A stretch of DNA of 20,000 nucleotides from an uncultured virus (IMG/VR IMGVR_UViG_3300028844_004234) (lineage: Duplodnaviria > Heunggongvirae > Uroviricota > Caudoviricetes). Where the stretch lies: IMG/VR virus record IMGVR_UViG_3300028844_004234; one strand, written 5' to 3'. Shown piece by piece: positions 1-7,986 of this stretch. A program made the position numbers and the translations under genes. Position 1 is the first letter of the stretch. Each line of letters begins with the position of its first letter. The notes under the pieces were generated by a model that was not told where the DNA came from, did no database searches, and saw only the letters and a list, made by a program, of their open reading frames with translations.

Positions 1-92
1 CACCATTGACAAAACGAAAAGAAGAGAATAAGATACAACCTGAAAAGAAAAAGAGTGCAAAAAGTAAATTACGAGACGCAATGAAACTGTAG
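1..92 (+). CDS. 3' end of an upstream gene (partial), ...PLTKRKEENKIQPEKKKSAKSKLRDAMKL*
   Basis: Open frame from 3 to TAG at 90-92, followed by an SD (GAGGG 99-103) for the next gene. Function unknown. Confidence 0.6.
   Translation, partial: PLTKRKEENKIQPEKKKSAKSKLRDAMKL
6..34 (+). promoter_or_regulatory. Possible sigma70-type promoter for the clamp/SSB genes
   Basis: TTGACA (6-11), 17-nt spacer, TAAGAT (29-34). It lies inside the upstream CDS, so it could be coincidental. Confidence 0.4.
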
Positions 93-113
93 ACACAAGA
101 GGGAAAATGATGT

Positions 114-827
114 ATGATTATTGATCTTAAAAATATTTTGGATTGCCTTGACTCTGTCGGAGTTGAAGCTGTGGTGATCGAACCGAGTGAGGACAGTACC
201 GGTACTCTGGTTCGAGGAGCCGACAAGAAGCGAGACATTGTTGTATTTGATGTTGTGGATGGGATTGTTCTGACAGAGTACCCGATTGGTATTCAGTCGG
301 TGAAGGGTCTTCTGTCTCGGTTGTCTCTATTTGACGATGATGCGGTTATTGAACTTGAGGATGACGGTGAGATCGTCATTAACATCAAGATCAAAAAAGG
401 ACGGAAAAAGGCATCATACAAATGTGCAGAACCCGAGCACCTGAGTGTACCGAAGTTTGTACCCGGTGAACTCAAAGTAGAGGAAGACAAATCAATTGTG
501 TTGACAAAAGAGTATGTCTCACATCTGTCTCATGCAATCCAGTCAATGAGTTTCACTGGATCAAATGAACAGTCTCTGTCTGTGAAGGTTGACAACCACA
601 ATGCAACTATTTCAATCTATGACGGGGAGGATGATTCGTTTACAGATGAACTGAAGGGCGTCGGACTTGAAGCCTGTGAGAAGTCCTCTTGGGGTGTTAA
701 ACCATTCCAACGTGTTATGAAATGCTCCATTGAAGGTAGAGACCAAACATCATTTACCGTCAATGAACATGGTGTTGCGGTATTTACAGTCGGTCTTATC
801 GATGTTATCATTTCACCGTTCGCATAA
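114..827 (+). CDS. Probable DNA polymerase sliding clamp (T4 gp45-like)
   Basis: 237 aa, acidic and beta-rich. The size and the 'IGIQSVKGLLSRLSLFD' and 'ASYKCAEPEHL' segments resemble gp45-family clamps. Adjacent to SSB. Confidence 0.6.
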   Translation: MIIDLKNILDCLDSVGVEAVVIEPSEDSTGTLVRGADKKRDIVVFDVVDGIVLTEYPIGIQSVKGLLSRLSLFDDDAVIELEDDGEIVINIKIKKGRKKASYKCAEPEHLSVPKFVPGELKVEEDKSIVLTKEYVSHLSHAIQSMSFTGSNEQSLSVKVDNHNATISIYDGEDDSFTDELKGVGLEACEKSSWGVKPFQRVMKCSIEGRDQTSFTVNEHGVAVFTVGLIDVIISPFA

Positions 828-830
828 ATA
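823..830 (+). promoter_or_regulatory. T4-type late promoter core (caTAAATA) upstream of SSB
   Basis: TAAATA at 825-830; the same core recurs before gp4, gp15 and ORF 4281. Confidence 0.5.
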
Positions 831-888
831 GTGTATACAAAAAAATACACTTAAAGTAAAATTAAATTCAAGACAAAGGAAATAAAAG

Positions 889-1872
889 ATGAGCAAACTT
901 AAAAACAAACTGAAACTGAAGAACAACATCCGTGAACAGGTCGAGAAAGAAGATCAGAAGTCTGGTGGCCCAGATAAGCGGTTCCTGAACTTCTATGATC
1001 TGAAACAGGGTGAGAAAATGTCTGTTCTGATTGTACCAGACCCCAACGGTGAACTGTGGGTGAAATACAAGAAACACGGTCCGAACCTCGGTGTCCGTGG
1101 TATGGAAACCATCGGTTGTGCATATCATGCAGGTGGTCAGGACTGTCCGGCGTGTCAGAAAGGTTTTGAGTACCTTGAACTGGCAAAAGAAACCGGTGAT
1201 GACTCTTACAAGAAAGAGGCCAAGAAGTGGTTTGCTCGTGACTATACAGTGATGAACGTCATTGTTCTCGACTCCCCGATTGATGTGGTTGAAGCTGATG
1301 ACGGCAATCAGGTCAAGCTGATGTATGTTCCGTATGCGATTGAGAAACTGATCAAGGAACAGATCAAGGAAGGTATCCTTGATGAAGATGAACTGGTTAC
1401 TACACCACTGGTCATCAAGATGGACAAAAACGGTGCAGGTTTTGCTGACTACAGTTCATCATTCTTCAGCCGCAAGACTGTGACAGAAGAGGAACTTGAG
1501 GTCTTTGATGACTTTGTGGTTGAACCTTTCGACCTGATCAATCTCGATACAATCCCAGATGCACCGAGTACCGAAGAGGTTGCGGAGTGGGTTGAGAAAG
1601 CAGAACAGAAACTGCTTGATGGGAACGGTGATAAGAAGTCTTCAGGTCGTGGTGCCCGTTCTGCGAATGATGAAGATGATTCACCGAAGTCACGCCTCGG
1701 TGGTGTAAAATCTCGTCTGAAAACCCGTAAGGTTGAAGAAGAACCGGAAGAACCGGCATATGATGACGATGTGCCTATGGATCTGAATGAATCTGAACCT
1801 GAACAACAGGAAGAGAAAGAAAGTCGTCCTGTTGGGAACATTCGAGATCGACTGAAAAATCTTCGTCGATAA
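889..1872 (+). CDS. Single-stranded DNA-binding protein (T4 gp32-like)
   Basis: DKRFLNF start of core; Zn ligands H...C...CPAC; NVIV..SP and GQ/NQVKL-like motifs; 'GFADYSSSFF'; long acidic disordered tail; SD AAGGA. Confidence 0.88.
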   Translation: MSKLKNKLKLKNNIREQVEKEDQKSGGPDKRFLNFYDLKQGEKMSVLIVPDPNGELWVKYKKHGPNLGVRGMETIGCAYHAGGQDCPACQKGFEYLELAKETGDDSYKKEAKKWFARDYTVMNVIVLDSPIDVVEADDGNQVKLMYVPYAIEKLIKEQIKEGILDEDELVTTPLVIKMDKNGAGFADYSSSFFSRKTVTEEELEVFDDFVVEPFDLINLDTIPDAPSTEEVAEWVEKAEQKLLDGNGDKKSSGRGARSANDEDDSPKSRLGGVKSRLKTRKVEEEPEEPAYDDDVPMDLNESEPEQQEEKESRPVGNIRDRLKNLRR

Positions 1873-1881
1873 TGTAATATG

Positions 1882-1911
1882 AAAGGGGCTCTGTGAGCCC
1901 CTTTTTGTTTT
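1882..1911 (+). terminator. Rho-independent terminator after SSB
   Basis: GGGGCTC-tgt-GAGCCCC stem followed by TTTTTGTTTT. Confidence 0.9.
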
Positions 1912-1929
1912 AAGTGTGAGAGAAAGAAA

Positions 1930-2505
1930 ATGAGAAAAGCAGTAAGAGAAAAAATTAAAAGACTTATTATTCGAGAGGGTGGTGTTGTTGACGACAAGAC
2001 CGACCGTGGTGGTAGAACAAAGTATGGGATCACTCAGAATACAGCGAGGGCATTCGGTTTTAAAGGTGACGTGTTTGATCTGACGTATGATCAGGCAATC
2101 TCAATCTACTATCAGCGATTCTATGTGAACCCGAAGTTCTATCGTATCGAACAGGCATTCTCCTCACAGCTCGCTGAAGCAATGTTTGACTTCGGGGTGC
2201 ATTCCGGTACTCTCACGCCAGTAAAAACCCTACAGCGCGTTTTAAACGCCTTTAACTATGAAGAACGGTTCTATGATGACCTTGTTGTTGATGGCTTATA
2301 TGGTAATATGACGGAGTATGCTATTACTAAGTTCATTGAGAGGCGAGGTAGGGATGGGCTGAGTGTTCTTACGTATGTGTTGAATGCACTTAGAACAGCA
2401 TTCCTCTTCGACATAGTGGAGTCGGATGAGTCACAAGAGCGATTCGCATATGGTTGGGCCGTTCGTGTGAATGAAATTGAAAAAGAATTGGGGGTCAATA
2501 AATAA
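1930..2505 (+). CDS. Glycoside hydrolase family 108 lysozyme with C-terminal peptidoglycan-binding domain (endolysin-like)
   Basis: REGG..D..DRGGRTKYGI catalytic motif; FDFGVHSG; LQRVLN; VDGLYG; SQERFAYGW C-terminus. Confidence 0.92.
   Translation: MRKAVREKIKRLIIREGGVVDDKTDRGGRTKYGITQNTARAFGFKGDVFDLTYDQAISIYYQRFYVNPKFYRIEQAFSSQLAEAMFDFGVHSGTLTPVKTLQRVLNAFNYEERFYDDLVVDGLYGNMTEYAITKFIERRGRDGLSVLTYVLNALRTAFLFDIVESDESQERFAYGWAVRVNEIEKELGVNK
2497..2504 (+). promoter_or_regulatory. Late promoter core (aaTAAATA) upstream of the gp4-like gene
   Basis: TAAATA at 2499-2504, about 30 nt before the ATG; SD AAGGAG at 2519-2524. Confidence 0.5.
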
Positions 2506-2535
2506 GGATAACAACATCAAGGAGTTATCTTTAAA

Positions 2536-2976
2536 ATGGCTAGAAATTACCAACAAGGAATATATGAAGTACAGAACAAGGAGAAATATGTTGGGACAAA
2601 AGAACCACGATATTTGTCTTCGTATGAATTAGCTGTTTTTAAGTTTTGTGACAGATCCCCGAATGTGATAGAATGGGGATCTGAAACAACAATAGTGAAG
2701 TATTACAATCCAGTCAAACAAAGACTTGCCAGATACCTAGTTGACATATACATCAAGTATAAAGATAAGAATGGTGATGTTCACGAAGAACTCATTGAGA
2801 TCAAACCAAAGGCACAGTGTAAGCCTCCTAAAAAAGGAAGAAAACGGAAAGATGTGTACGAACAAGAGGTGATGACGTGGATGGTTAATCAGGCTAAGTG
2901 GGAAGAAGCCTCTAAGTATGCAGAACAGAGAGGCATGAAGTTTAGAATATTGACAGAGGACTCAATCTTTCGTTAG
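2536..2976 (+). CDS. Head completion nuclease (T4 gp4-like, TnsA-type PD-(D/E)XK)
   Basis: YQQGIY..QNKEKYVG, YLSSYE, WGSE, RYLVD, LIEIKP, NQAKWEEA and FRILTE match the gp4 family pattern. Confidence 0.9.
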   Translation: MARNYQQGIYEVQNKEKYVGTKEPRYLSSYELAVFKFCDRSPNVIEWGSETTIVKYYNPVKQRLARYLVDIYIKYKDKNGDVHEELIEIKPKAQCKPPKKGRKRKDVYEQEVMTWMVNQAKWEEASKYAEQRGMKFRILTEDSIFR

Positions 2977-3536
2977 GGTAAACTAAAGACACTCTCATCC
3001 TTATCGAATTTTATATAGTCTTCCATATGATCACCGAGTTCTATATCAAGGTTATCAAATTCAATGCTGACTGTGATATATGATTCGGAGTCATTTTCAT
3101 ATGCGTTTTCTGGGTAATTCACCTCTGTTATGAAACAATTCTTCATGGTGAATGTTTCTGTTATCTCTTTATTAGAATTATACATCCTGACACGAACGTC
3201 GAATTTGTAGTCTCTCAGTTTAATGTCATCGTCGAAAAGACCGTCATACTTGTTTAACTGTTTCATCATTTGGATGTAGAGAAGAGTGCTTGTGATTGAT
3301 TCTTCGTCATCGTGAAAAACCAATGTAACCCCAGATATACTCACATCCCCCTTATTTTTATATGTGAACCCCTTTTGTCTCTGGGAATCAACAGAGAATG
3401 ATATGGTCGGCCTTGTTAGACTTCTTAATTGTCTACCGAGGAGGTTACCGGTTGGTTCCGGCATTCTAAAAAATTCCGCATAGAAGTTATCAATCAGTCT
3501 GTTCTTGTTGTTCAATACGTTCAGATGGTTTTTCAT
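2973..3536 (-). CDS. Tail tube-like / baseplate tail-tube initiator (gp19/gp54 fold)
   Basis: 187 aa with the tail-tube-family pattern RPTISF...VTLVFHDD...YKFDVRVRMYN...FTMKNCFITEVNY...ITVSIEFD; ATGA-coupled to the gp15-like gene. Confidence 0.62.
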   Translation of the reverse strand: MKNHLNVLNNKNRLIDNFYAEFFRMPEPTGNLLGRQLRSLTRPTISFSVDSQRQKGFTYKNKGDVSISGVTLVFHDDEESITSTLLYIQMMKQLNKYDGLFDDDIKLRDYKFDVRVRMYNSNKEITETFTMKNCFITEVNYPENAYENDSESYITVSIEFDNLDIELGDHMEDYIKFDKDESVFSLP

Positions 3537-4225
3537 GTTATGATTTCCTCAATAATGATCTCGTCTGATTCATCTTTTATCCTACTGTGAATCTCTTTGA
3601 TAATGGTATCAACGACACCTGATGGGTACTTAAGACGAATCGGAACCCTGAAAGAAAGACCAAGTACAACGGTGCTCTTATCCGTACCGATTGGGTATGT
3701 GATCTCTGGTTCTATTGACTCAAGGAATATCTCGGTGATATAATCTGCATTGGCTTTATCGTCGTCAATGTTAATAGTCACCCGAGGATTAAAGACCAAC
3801 AGGATCTGCTCAAGAAGTTGAAACAGTTCCGACCGTGAGGAGCAAAACATATTAAGGTCTAGGCTAAGGGTCAGAGGAGGACCAAACACTCTCCGTACAA
3901 CACCCTCTGGTGTAGATCCTTCTCCCATGACAAATTCGTCAACATGGTTATTCGGTCTTCGATTCTGTTTGTCTATCTCAATACCACGCAGGGTAACAGC
4001 CATCATGGGGACTGATACTTGAGTTGTGAAGTGTTCTCTCTTGTTTATGATGGATGCTACGATTCGATCCATTTCACCGTAGACAATGGGGACTCGCTTA
4101 GTGAGCTTTTCACCGTCACCGTCTCGGTCAACTCCGTCCTGTACCTGAAAACCGGACAGTGCTCTCATGAACTGACCGATGCAGCGTTTAATCTGATCAT
4201 CTGAAATAAAATTATATAATGCCAT
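3533..4225 (-). CDS. Tail sheath stabilizer / tail terminator (T4 gp15-like)
   Basis: QIKRCIGQFMRALSGFQV, RVPIVYG, PMMAV, PLTLSLDL and QLLEQILLVFNP are characteristic of gp15. Confidence 0.85.
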   Translation of the reverse strand: MALYNFISDDQIKRCIGQFMRALSGFQVQDGVDRDGDGEKLTKRVPIVYGEMDRIVASIINKREHFTTQVSVPMMAVTLRGIEIDKQNRRPNNHVDEFVMGEGSTPEGVVRRVFGPPLTLSLDLNMFCSSRSELFQLLEQILLVFNPRVTINIDDDKANADYITEIFLESIEPEITYPIGTDKSTVVLGLSFRVPIRLKYPSGVVDTIIKEIHSRIKDESDEIIIEEIIT

Positions 4226-4234
4226 TTTGTATTT

Positions 4235-4274
4235 CCTAAATATAGTGGTCTAAAGTATTTATTATCGGTAAATA
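4235..4274. promoter_or_regulatory. Divergent late promoter region with three TAAATA cores
   Basis: TAAATA on + at 4237-4242 and 4269-4274, and on - at 4261-4256, all within a 55-nt intergenic gap between divergent structural genes. Confidence 0.6.
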
Positions 4275-4280
4275 AAGAAT

Positions 4281-5087
4281 ATGAGTATAAATTTTGAACA
4301 AGAACTAACAGAAGCATTCAGCAGTGTCTCATTCATGGACGTGAGTGAGATACGGACACTGTATTACGGTCGTCTCAATATGTATGTATCCTTTACAGAC
4401 GACTGGAAGATCAATTATACCGGTATGAATGGTAGTGACCTGATCAGACCCTATGGTGTTGAGTGTCACACAGTCGATACGCTTGTCGGTCGTAAAGCAT
4501 CTTCCCCAATGTTCTATGGTTATGTCATGAGATTCAAGCCAAAACGTGGTTTTGTGAATGACATTTCGAACTATTCCGTGGACCAGTATAGAGAAGATGT
4601 TGATGTGATAGAAGCAATCGACTACATAAAGGATTCTGTTAAGCTACAGGCGCTTTCTGAGGTAGAGGCAGGGGTAAGATATAGGTCTTACTTTGAACGT
4701 CTCTGGGACTTAACCAGACGGCTTGCTGAGCAAAGTCGTTACAAGGATAAACTGTGGCGTCGAATCCTTCTTGATCTGGGGTACACAGGTTTCAATGATC
4801 CGAAAGGAAAGGGCATTCTGTCTGAATCAAAATCCCCTGTCACACTCATCATTGATTTCGATGCGGTTGAGAAGTACGACATTGTACCTATCCAGAAATA
4901 TAGAGTTGACAAACGGAGATATGTTACAGACAAGATTAAAAGAGAGAACAAAAAGATGTGGGTTGCCCGAAATAGAGTGGCTAAACGCAGAACAGAAAAA
5001 TTTAGGAAAGATACGAAGGACAAAAAGTTGTTCGGTGTTCTTTCAAAGAAAGACTTAGAGAATTTAAGACTCTTGGGAGGTCTATAA
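4281..5087 (+). CDS. Hypothetical protein, probably virion-associated
   Basis: 268-aa ORF between gp15- and gp14-like genes behind late promoter cores; N-terminal ELTEA; basic C-terminus. Confidence 0.75.
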   Translation: MSINFEQELTEAFSSVSFMDVSEIRTLYYGRLNMYVSFTDDWKINYTGMNGSDLIRPYGVECHTVDTLVGRKASSPMFYGYVMRFKPKRGFVNDISNYSVDQYREDVDVIEAIDYIKDSVKLQALSEVEAGVRYRSYFERLWDLTRRLAEQSRYKDKLWRRILLDLGYTGFNDPKGKGILSESKSPVTLIIDFDAVEKYDIVPIQKYRVDKRRYVTDKIKRENKKMWVARNRVAKRRTEKFRKDTKDKKLFGVLSKKDLENLRLLGGL

Positions 5088-5091
5088 CATC

Positions 5092-5778
5092 ATGGCAATG
5101 AGACCAACAGGCAAGATAGGTTTTTATGGATCAAAGACCAGAGCATTACAGAGGAGACTGAGTTTTGAGATATTTGGTCTCACCTTCAAACAGGCAAACG
5201 TCTATAAGTATCTTGGTAGCCGTGAAAGCGTAACACCGGATATTGACGATGTGCAAATTAAGGTGTTCAGTGAGGTTGCTGACAGGGCATACGGGGAAGT
5301 TCCAGTAGAAGTACCAATTGGTATGGAACGTTTCTCGGAAGGGAAGATGGACTTCTCTCGATTCGGTATACTGAACCCAATAGCGGATGAAACCATATTC
5401 AGGATGCACATTGATGATTTCGAACCACTGGGTAGAGATCTCATCATCGGTGATGTTTTTCATTTACCGTTCTATGATAAGGATGGTAATAAGTCTCTGT
5501 GGGAGGTTACGGACGTTGACCTGAAACAGGAGGCAGAGAAATACATCGCAGTAATATACGCAACACCACTATCAAGTAGTAGAACAACCAGAGAGATACC
5601 GGTTGACAACAGCAACGATGATGTTCTGACAGACATGATGAATGGGCTTTCTGATGAAGTGTCAGATGACGTTAAAACAGAAACACCATCATATGATGAA
5701 CCTGTATCAAAAGAAGATATCGACTATAGATCAGACATTCAGGAAGATTTTCTGGATGATCCATTTAAGAGCTTTTAA
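5092..5778 (+). CDS. Neck / head-closure protein (T4 gp14-like)
   Basis: DFSRFGI..ADETIFRMH, LIIGDVFHLP, LWEVTDV and an acidic tail ending DDPF, as in the gp14 family; adjacent to gp13-like gene. Confidence 0.7.
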   Translation: MAMRPTGKIGFYGSKTRALQRRLSFEIFGLTFKQANVYKYLGSRESVTPDIDDVQIKVFSEVADRAYGEVPVEVPIGMERFSEGKMDFSRFGILNPIADETIFRMHIDDFEPLGRDLIIGDVFHLPFYDKDGNKSLWEVTDVDLKQEAEKYIAVIYATPLSSSRTTREIPVDNSNDDVLTDMMNGLSDEVSDDVKTETPSYDEPVSKEDIDYRSDIQEDFLDDPFKSF

Positions 5779-5789
5779 GGAAACAAACA

Positions 5790-6518
5790 ATGGCAACTTT
5801 TCAAGAATTTAGAGATGAAATTGAACTAGGTCTCGGTGGGACATTGGTTGATGTTGAGTTCGAGGACTCGGACTATCAGGTGTTCTTCAGAAAGGCAAAA
5901 CGGACATTCAAACAGAAAGGTCACAATTCATACCGCAGAGAATATGTCCCAATTGATGTTTCGAGAGATACCAGAATATACACGTTACCATCAAATGTTG
6001 ATGAGGTCGTTCGGATTGTGCAACCGAATACATCTGGTTTTAGTCTCGAAGATCCTTTGAGTATGGCTGTCTACAATGATCTCTTTACTCCAACCGCTGC
6101 ATCATGTTCCAGCTCGTTTGATTTTCTTTCATATGAGTTAACACTTGGTCTTATGGAAAGTTTCAAACGATATGGTGCGGTTGAGATTGAATTTGATTAT
6201 GACAGGTTCAGGAAGACTGTTTCTATTCTCGGATCACCGAAAGCAACGGGTAAGTGTTTTGTTGAATGTTATGTCGATCTTGATGATGAAGAGTATTATG
6301 ATATTGACTGGATTAATCGTTGGGCACTAGCTGAAGCAAAAGAAACATTGGGTATTGCATATCGCAAGTTTCAATCAGTGGCTTCCCCTCAAGGTGACGC
6401 TAGTCTCGGTGGCGACCAGCTTGTCAATGATGCACAACGAGAGAAGGAAGCCCTGTTACAGGAGATTGAAAACTTCGTTGATGGTGAAATAGACTTTATG
6501 CCAATTCGTTTTGGTTGA
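5790..6518 (+). CDS. Neck / head-tail adaptor protein (T4 gp13-like)
   Basis: LGLGGTLVDVE, WINRWALAEAKETLGIAYRKF, PQGDASLGGDQL and terminal PIRFG match the gp13 pattern. Confidence 0.85.
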   Translation: MATFQEFRDEIELGLGGTLVDVEFEDSDYQVFFRKAKRTFKQKGHNSYRREYVPIDVSRDTRIYTLPSNVDEVVRIVQPNTSGFSLEDPLSMAVYNDLFTPTAASCSSSFDFLSYELTLGLMESFKRYGAVEIEFDYDRFRKTVSILGSPKATGKCFVECYVDLDDEEYYDIDWINRWALAEAKETLGIAYRKFQSVASPQGDASLGGDQLVNDAQREKEALLQEIENFVDGEIDFMPIRFG

Positions 6519-6813
6519 TGTAACTTTTCAAAATATCCCAGAGTCCCCCACCCGCTTCCTTAATTGAGTCAAGATTCTCGGACGGGATGGGGATATACCC
6601 CCAGTCAATATGACAGTCTTCCATCCAATCTGAGATCATCTGACTTGCCTCAACACCACAGGCATTGAACATATCTTGCACCAGTGGATTGTTGTCAACC
6701 CGTTTAATGAACAGAATGTTGAACAACTGACCAAGCCGAAGATCCATACCGATGTTGTTTAACTTCGAATAGATAGAAATAAACTGGCTGTATGTAATGG
6801 TATTAGTGGTCAT
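6496..6813 (-). CDS. Hypothetical protein (105 aa)
   Basis: Last gene of the minus-strand cluster; ATGA overlap with the upstream ORF; contains LRLGQLFN. Confidence 0.75.
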   Translation of the reverse strand: MTTNTITYSQFISIYSKLNNIGMDLRLGQLFNILFIKRVDNNPLVQDMFNACGVEASQMISDWMEDCHIDWGYIPIPSENLDSIKEAGGGLWDILKSYINQNELA

Positions 6814-6968
6814 TTCATGTCACTCTTGTGGATGATGTCAAATTTTACATGTGGTTTTTGGTCTTCTTTATCAAACTTAACACGGACCGCCTCTGAGAAA
6901 AGGAGAGGACCGGTTATGGAAACTTCCTGATTACCCTTTTTACCAATTACAAAAAATTCTTTGTTCAT
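6810..6968 (-). CDS. Small hypothetical protein, 52 aa (MNKEFFVIGKKGNQEVSITGPLLFSEAVRVKFDKEDQKPHVKFDIIHKSDMK), missing from the ORF track
   Basis: Translated by hand. It fills the gap exactly, with ATGA overlaps at both ends (6965-6968 and 6810-6813) and SD GGGGA upstream. Confidence 0.8.
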   Translation of the reverse strand: MNKEFFVIGKKGNQEVSITGPLLFSEAVRVKFDKEDQKPHVKFDIIHKSDMK

Positions 6969-7177
6969 TTCTCTGTCCCCTGTTTCATAATACGTTCAAT
7001 GATGTTATCAGTTTCGACTGTTGCTGTCAACATGTCATTCAACGTGTTTAATTTTTCAAGATCTTTGACATTATTAGGATCAAGCCCATCAATCATTTCG
7101 TGTAAATCGCTTTCACAGAGTATCCCACAGAGCACACAATGAGCACACATCCACCGTTTCATGTCTTTATCAGCCAT
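6965..7177 (-). CDS. Hypothetical protein (70 aa) with CAHCVLC motif
   Basis: Overlap-coupled with both neighbours. Confidence 0.7.
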   Translation of the reverse strand: MADKDMKRWMCAHCVLCGILCESDLHEMIDGLDPNNVKDLEKLNTLNDMLTATVETDNIIERIMKQGTEK

Positions 7178-7466
7178 TGCCGTTCTCTCTATGTTTCAAT
7201 ACGAGTTCCAGTTCTTCTTTTGTTAACCACATATGGTTTCCTTGAACTGAGACAAGATCCTGATACCCGTAACACCAATCTCTTTTGTTGAGAAATGATT
7301 CACCCTCCTCAACAACTAGGAGGGTTCCCATAAAGTCCTTGATTGAGTATACGGTGTTTGGTTTCAGGACACCACTCCCTCTGAAGCCAGAACCAATCAG
7401 CAGATCAACAGTACCGGTGTCTCCGTCTGTACCGCGAGTTACGAAACGTGCCACTACATTTTTCAT
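7170..7466 (-). CDS. Hypothetical protein (98 aa)
   Basis: Strong SD GGAGG 7 nt before the ATG. Confidence 0.8.
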   Translation of the reverse strand: MKNVVARFVTRGTDGDTGTVDLLIGSGFRGSGVLKPNTVYSIKDFMGTLLVVEEGESFLNKRDWCYGYQDLVSVQGNHMWLTKEELELVLKHRENGNG

Positions 7467-7481
7467 GGGGTGTCCTCCACT

Positions 7482-7649
7482 TTATTTTTTGCGTCTCTCA
7501 TACATCACTTCTAATGCCGATGACAGTATTATACCACCAACAGCGAGAGAAATGCCAGCAATAGCGTTTTCGCTGAATACCGGCCAGAAGAAAACAAGCC
7601 ACATCGCGTCGATGGCACCGTACCGTCGATATGTCAATAATCTTAACAT
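7482..7649 (-). CDS. Small membrane protein (55 aa; start revised from 7763)
   Basis: SD GGAGG before ATG 7649; hydrophobic segments MWLVFFWPVF and AIAGISLAVGGIILSSAL; basic C-terminus. Confidence 0.75.
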   Translation of the reverse strand: MLRLLTYRRYGAIDAMWLVFFWPVFSENAIAGISLAVGGIILSSALEVMYERRKK

Positions 7650-7662
7650 GGTGTGTCCTCCA

Positions 7663-7986
7663 CTACATTTCCCACGGTTTCCATGGAGTGTCCCCCAATT
7701 TAAAAAGTTCATCATCGTTAAACACTTTAGCAACCCCGTATGGGTCTTGTCTCTTTTTCTCAATGATGCGGGGTAATGTGTGATAGATATGATTCACTGT
7801 CTCAAATTTATCACAACAACACAATGAGAAAAGAGCGTCAGCCGTAGCCTTCCACCTAATCCTAGAATCTTGCTCTTCTCTGATGTAGTCGAGTGCAGTT
7901 TTCAAGTCAAGATATACCCATTTTAGTCGTGAAATTGAGAATTTCCTAATCGCATAGGAACCATTGTTAAACTTAACAATTTTCAT
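7663..7986 (-). CDS. Hypothetical protein (about 107 aa, MKIVKFNNGSYAIRK...)
   Basis: SD GGAG at 8000-7997 favours ATG 7986 over the track start of 8037. Confidence 0.72.
   Translation of the reverse strand: MKIVKFNNGSYAIRKFSISRLKWVYLDLKTALDYIREEQDSRIRWKATADALFSLCCCDKFETVNHIYHTLPRIIEKKRQDPYGVAKVFNDDELFKLGDTPWKPWEM

Noticed and set aside
1449..2033. 194-aa minus-strand ORF and other antisense or alternative-frame ORFs (e.g. 7285-7776, 13020-13580, 10587-11018, 14975-15436)
   Set aside because: They are shadows of well-supported genes on the opposite strand, with Ser/Phe-biased composition and no motifs.
2536..2976. Tn7 TnsA transposase / mobile element
   Set aside because: It matches the T4 gp4 head-completion family; there are no other tns genes or terminal repeats.
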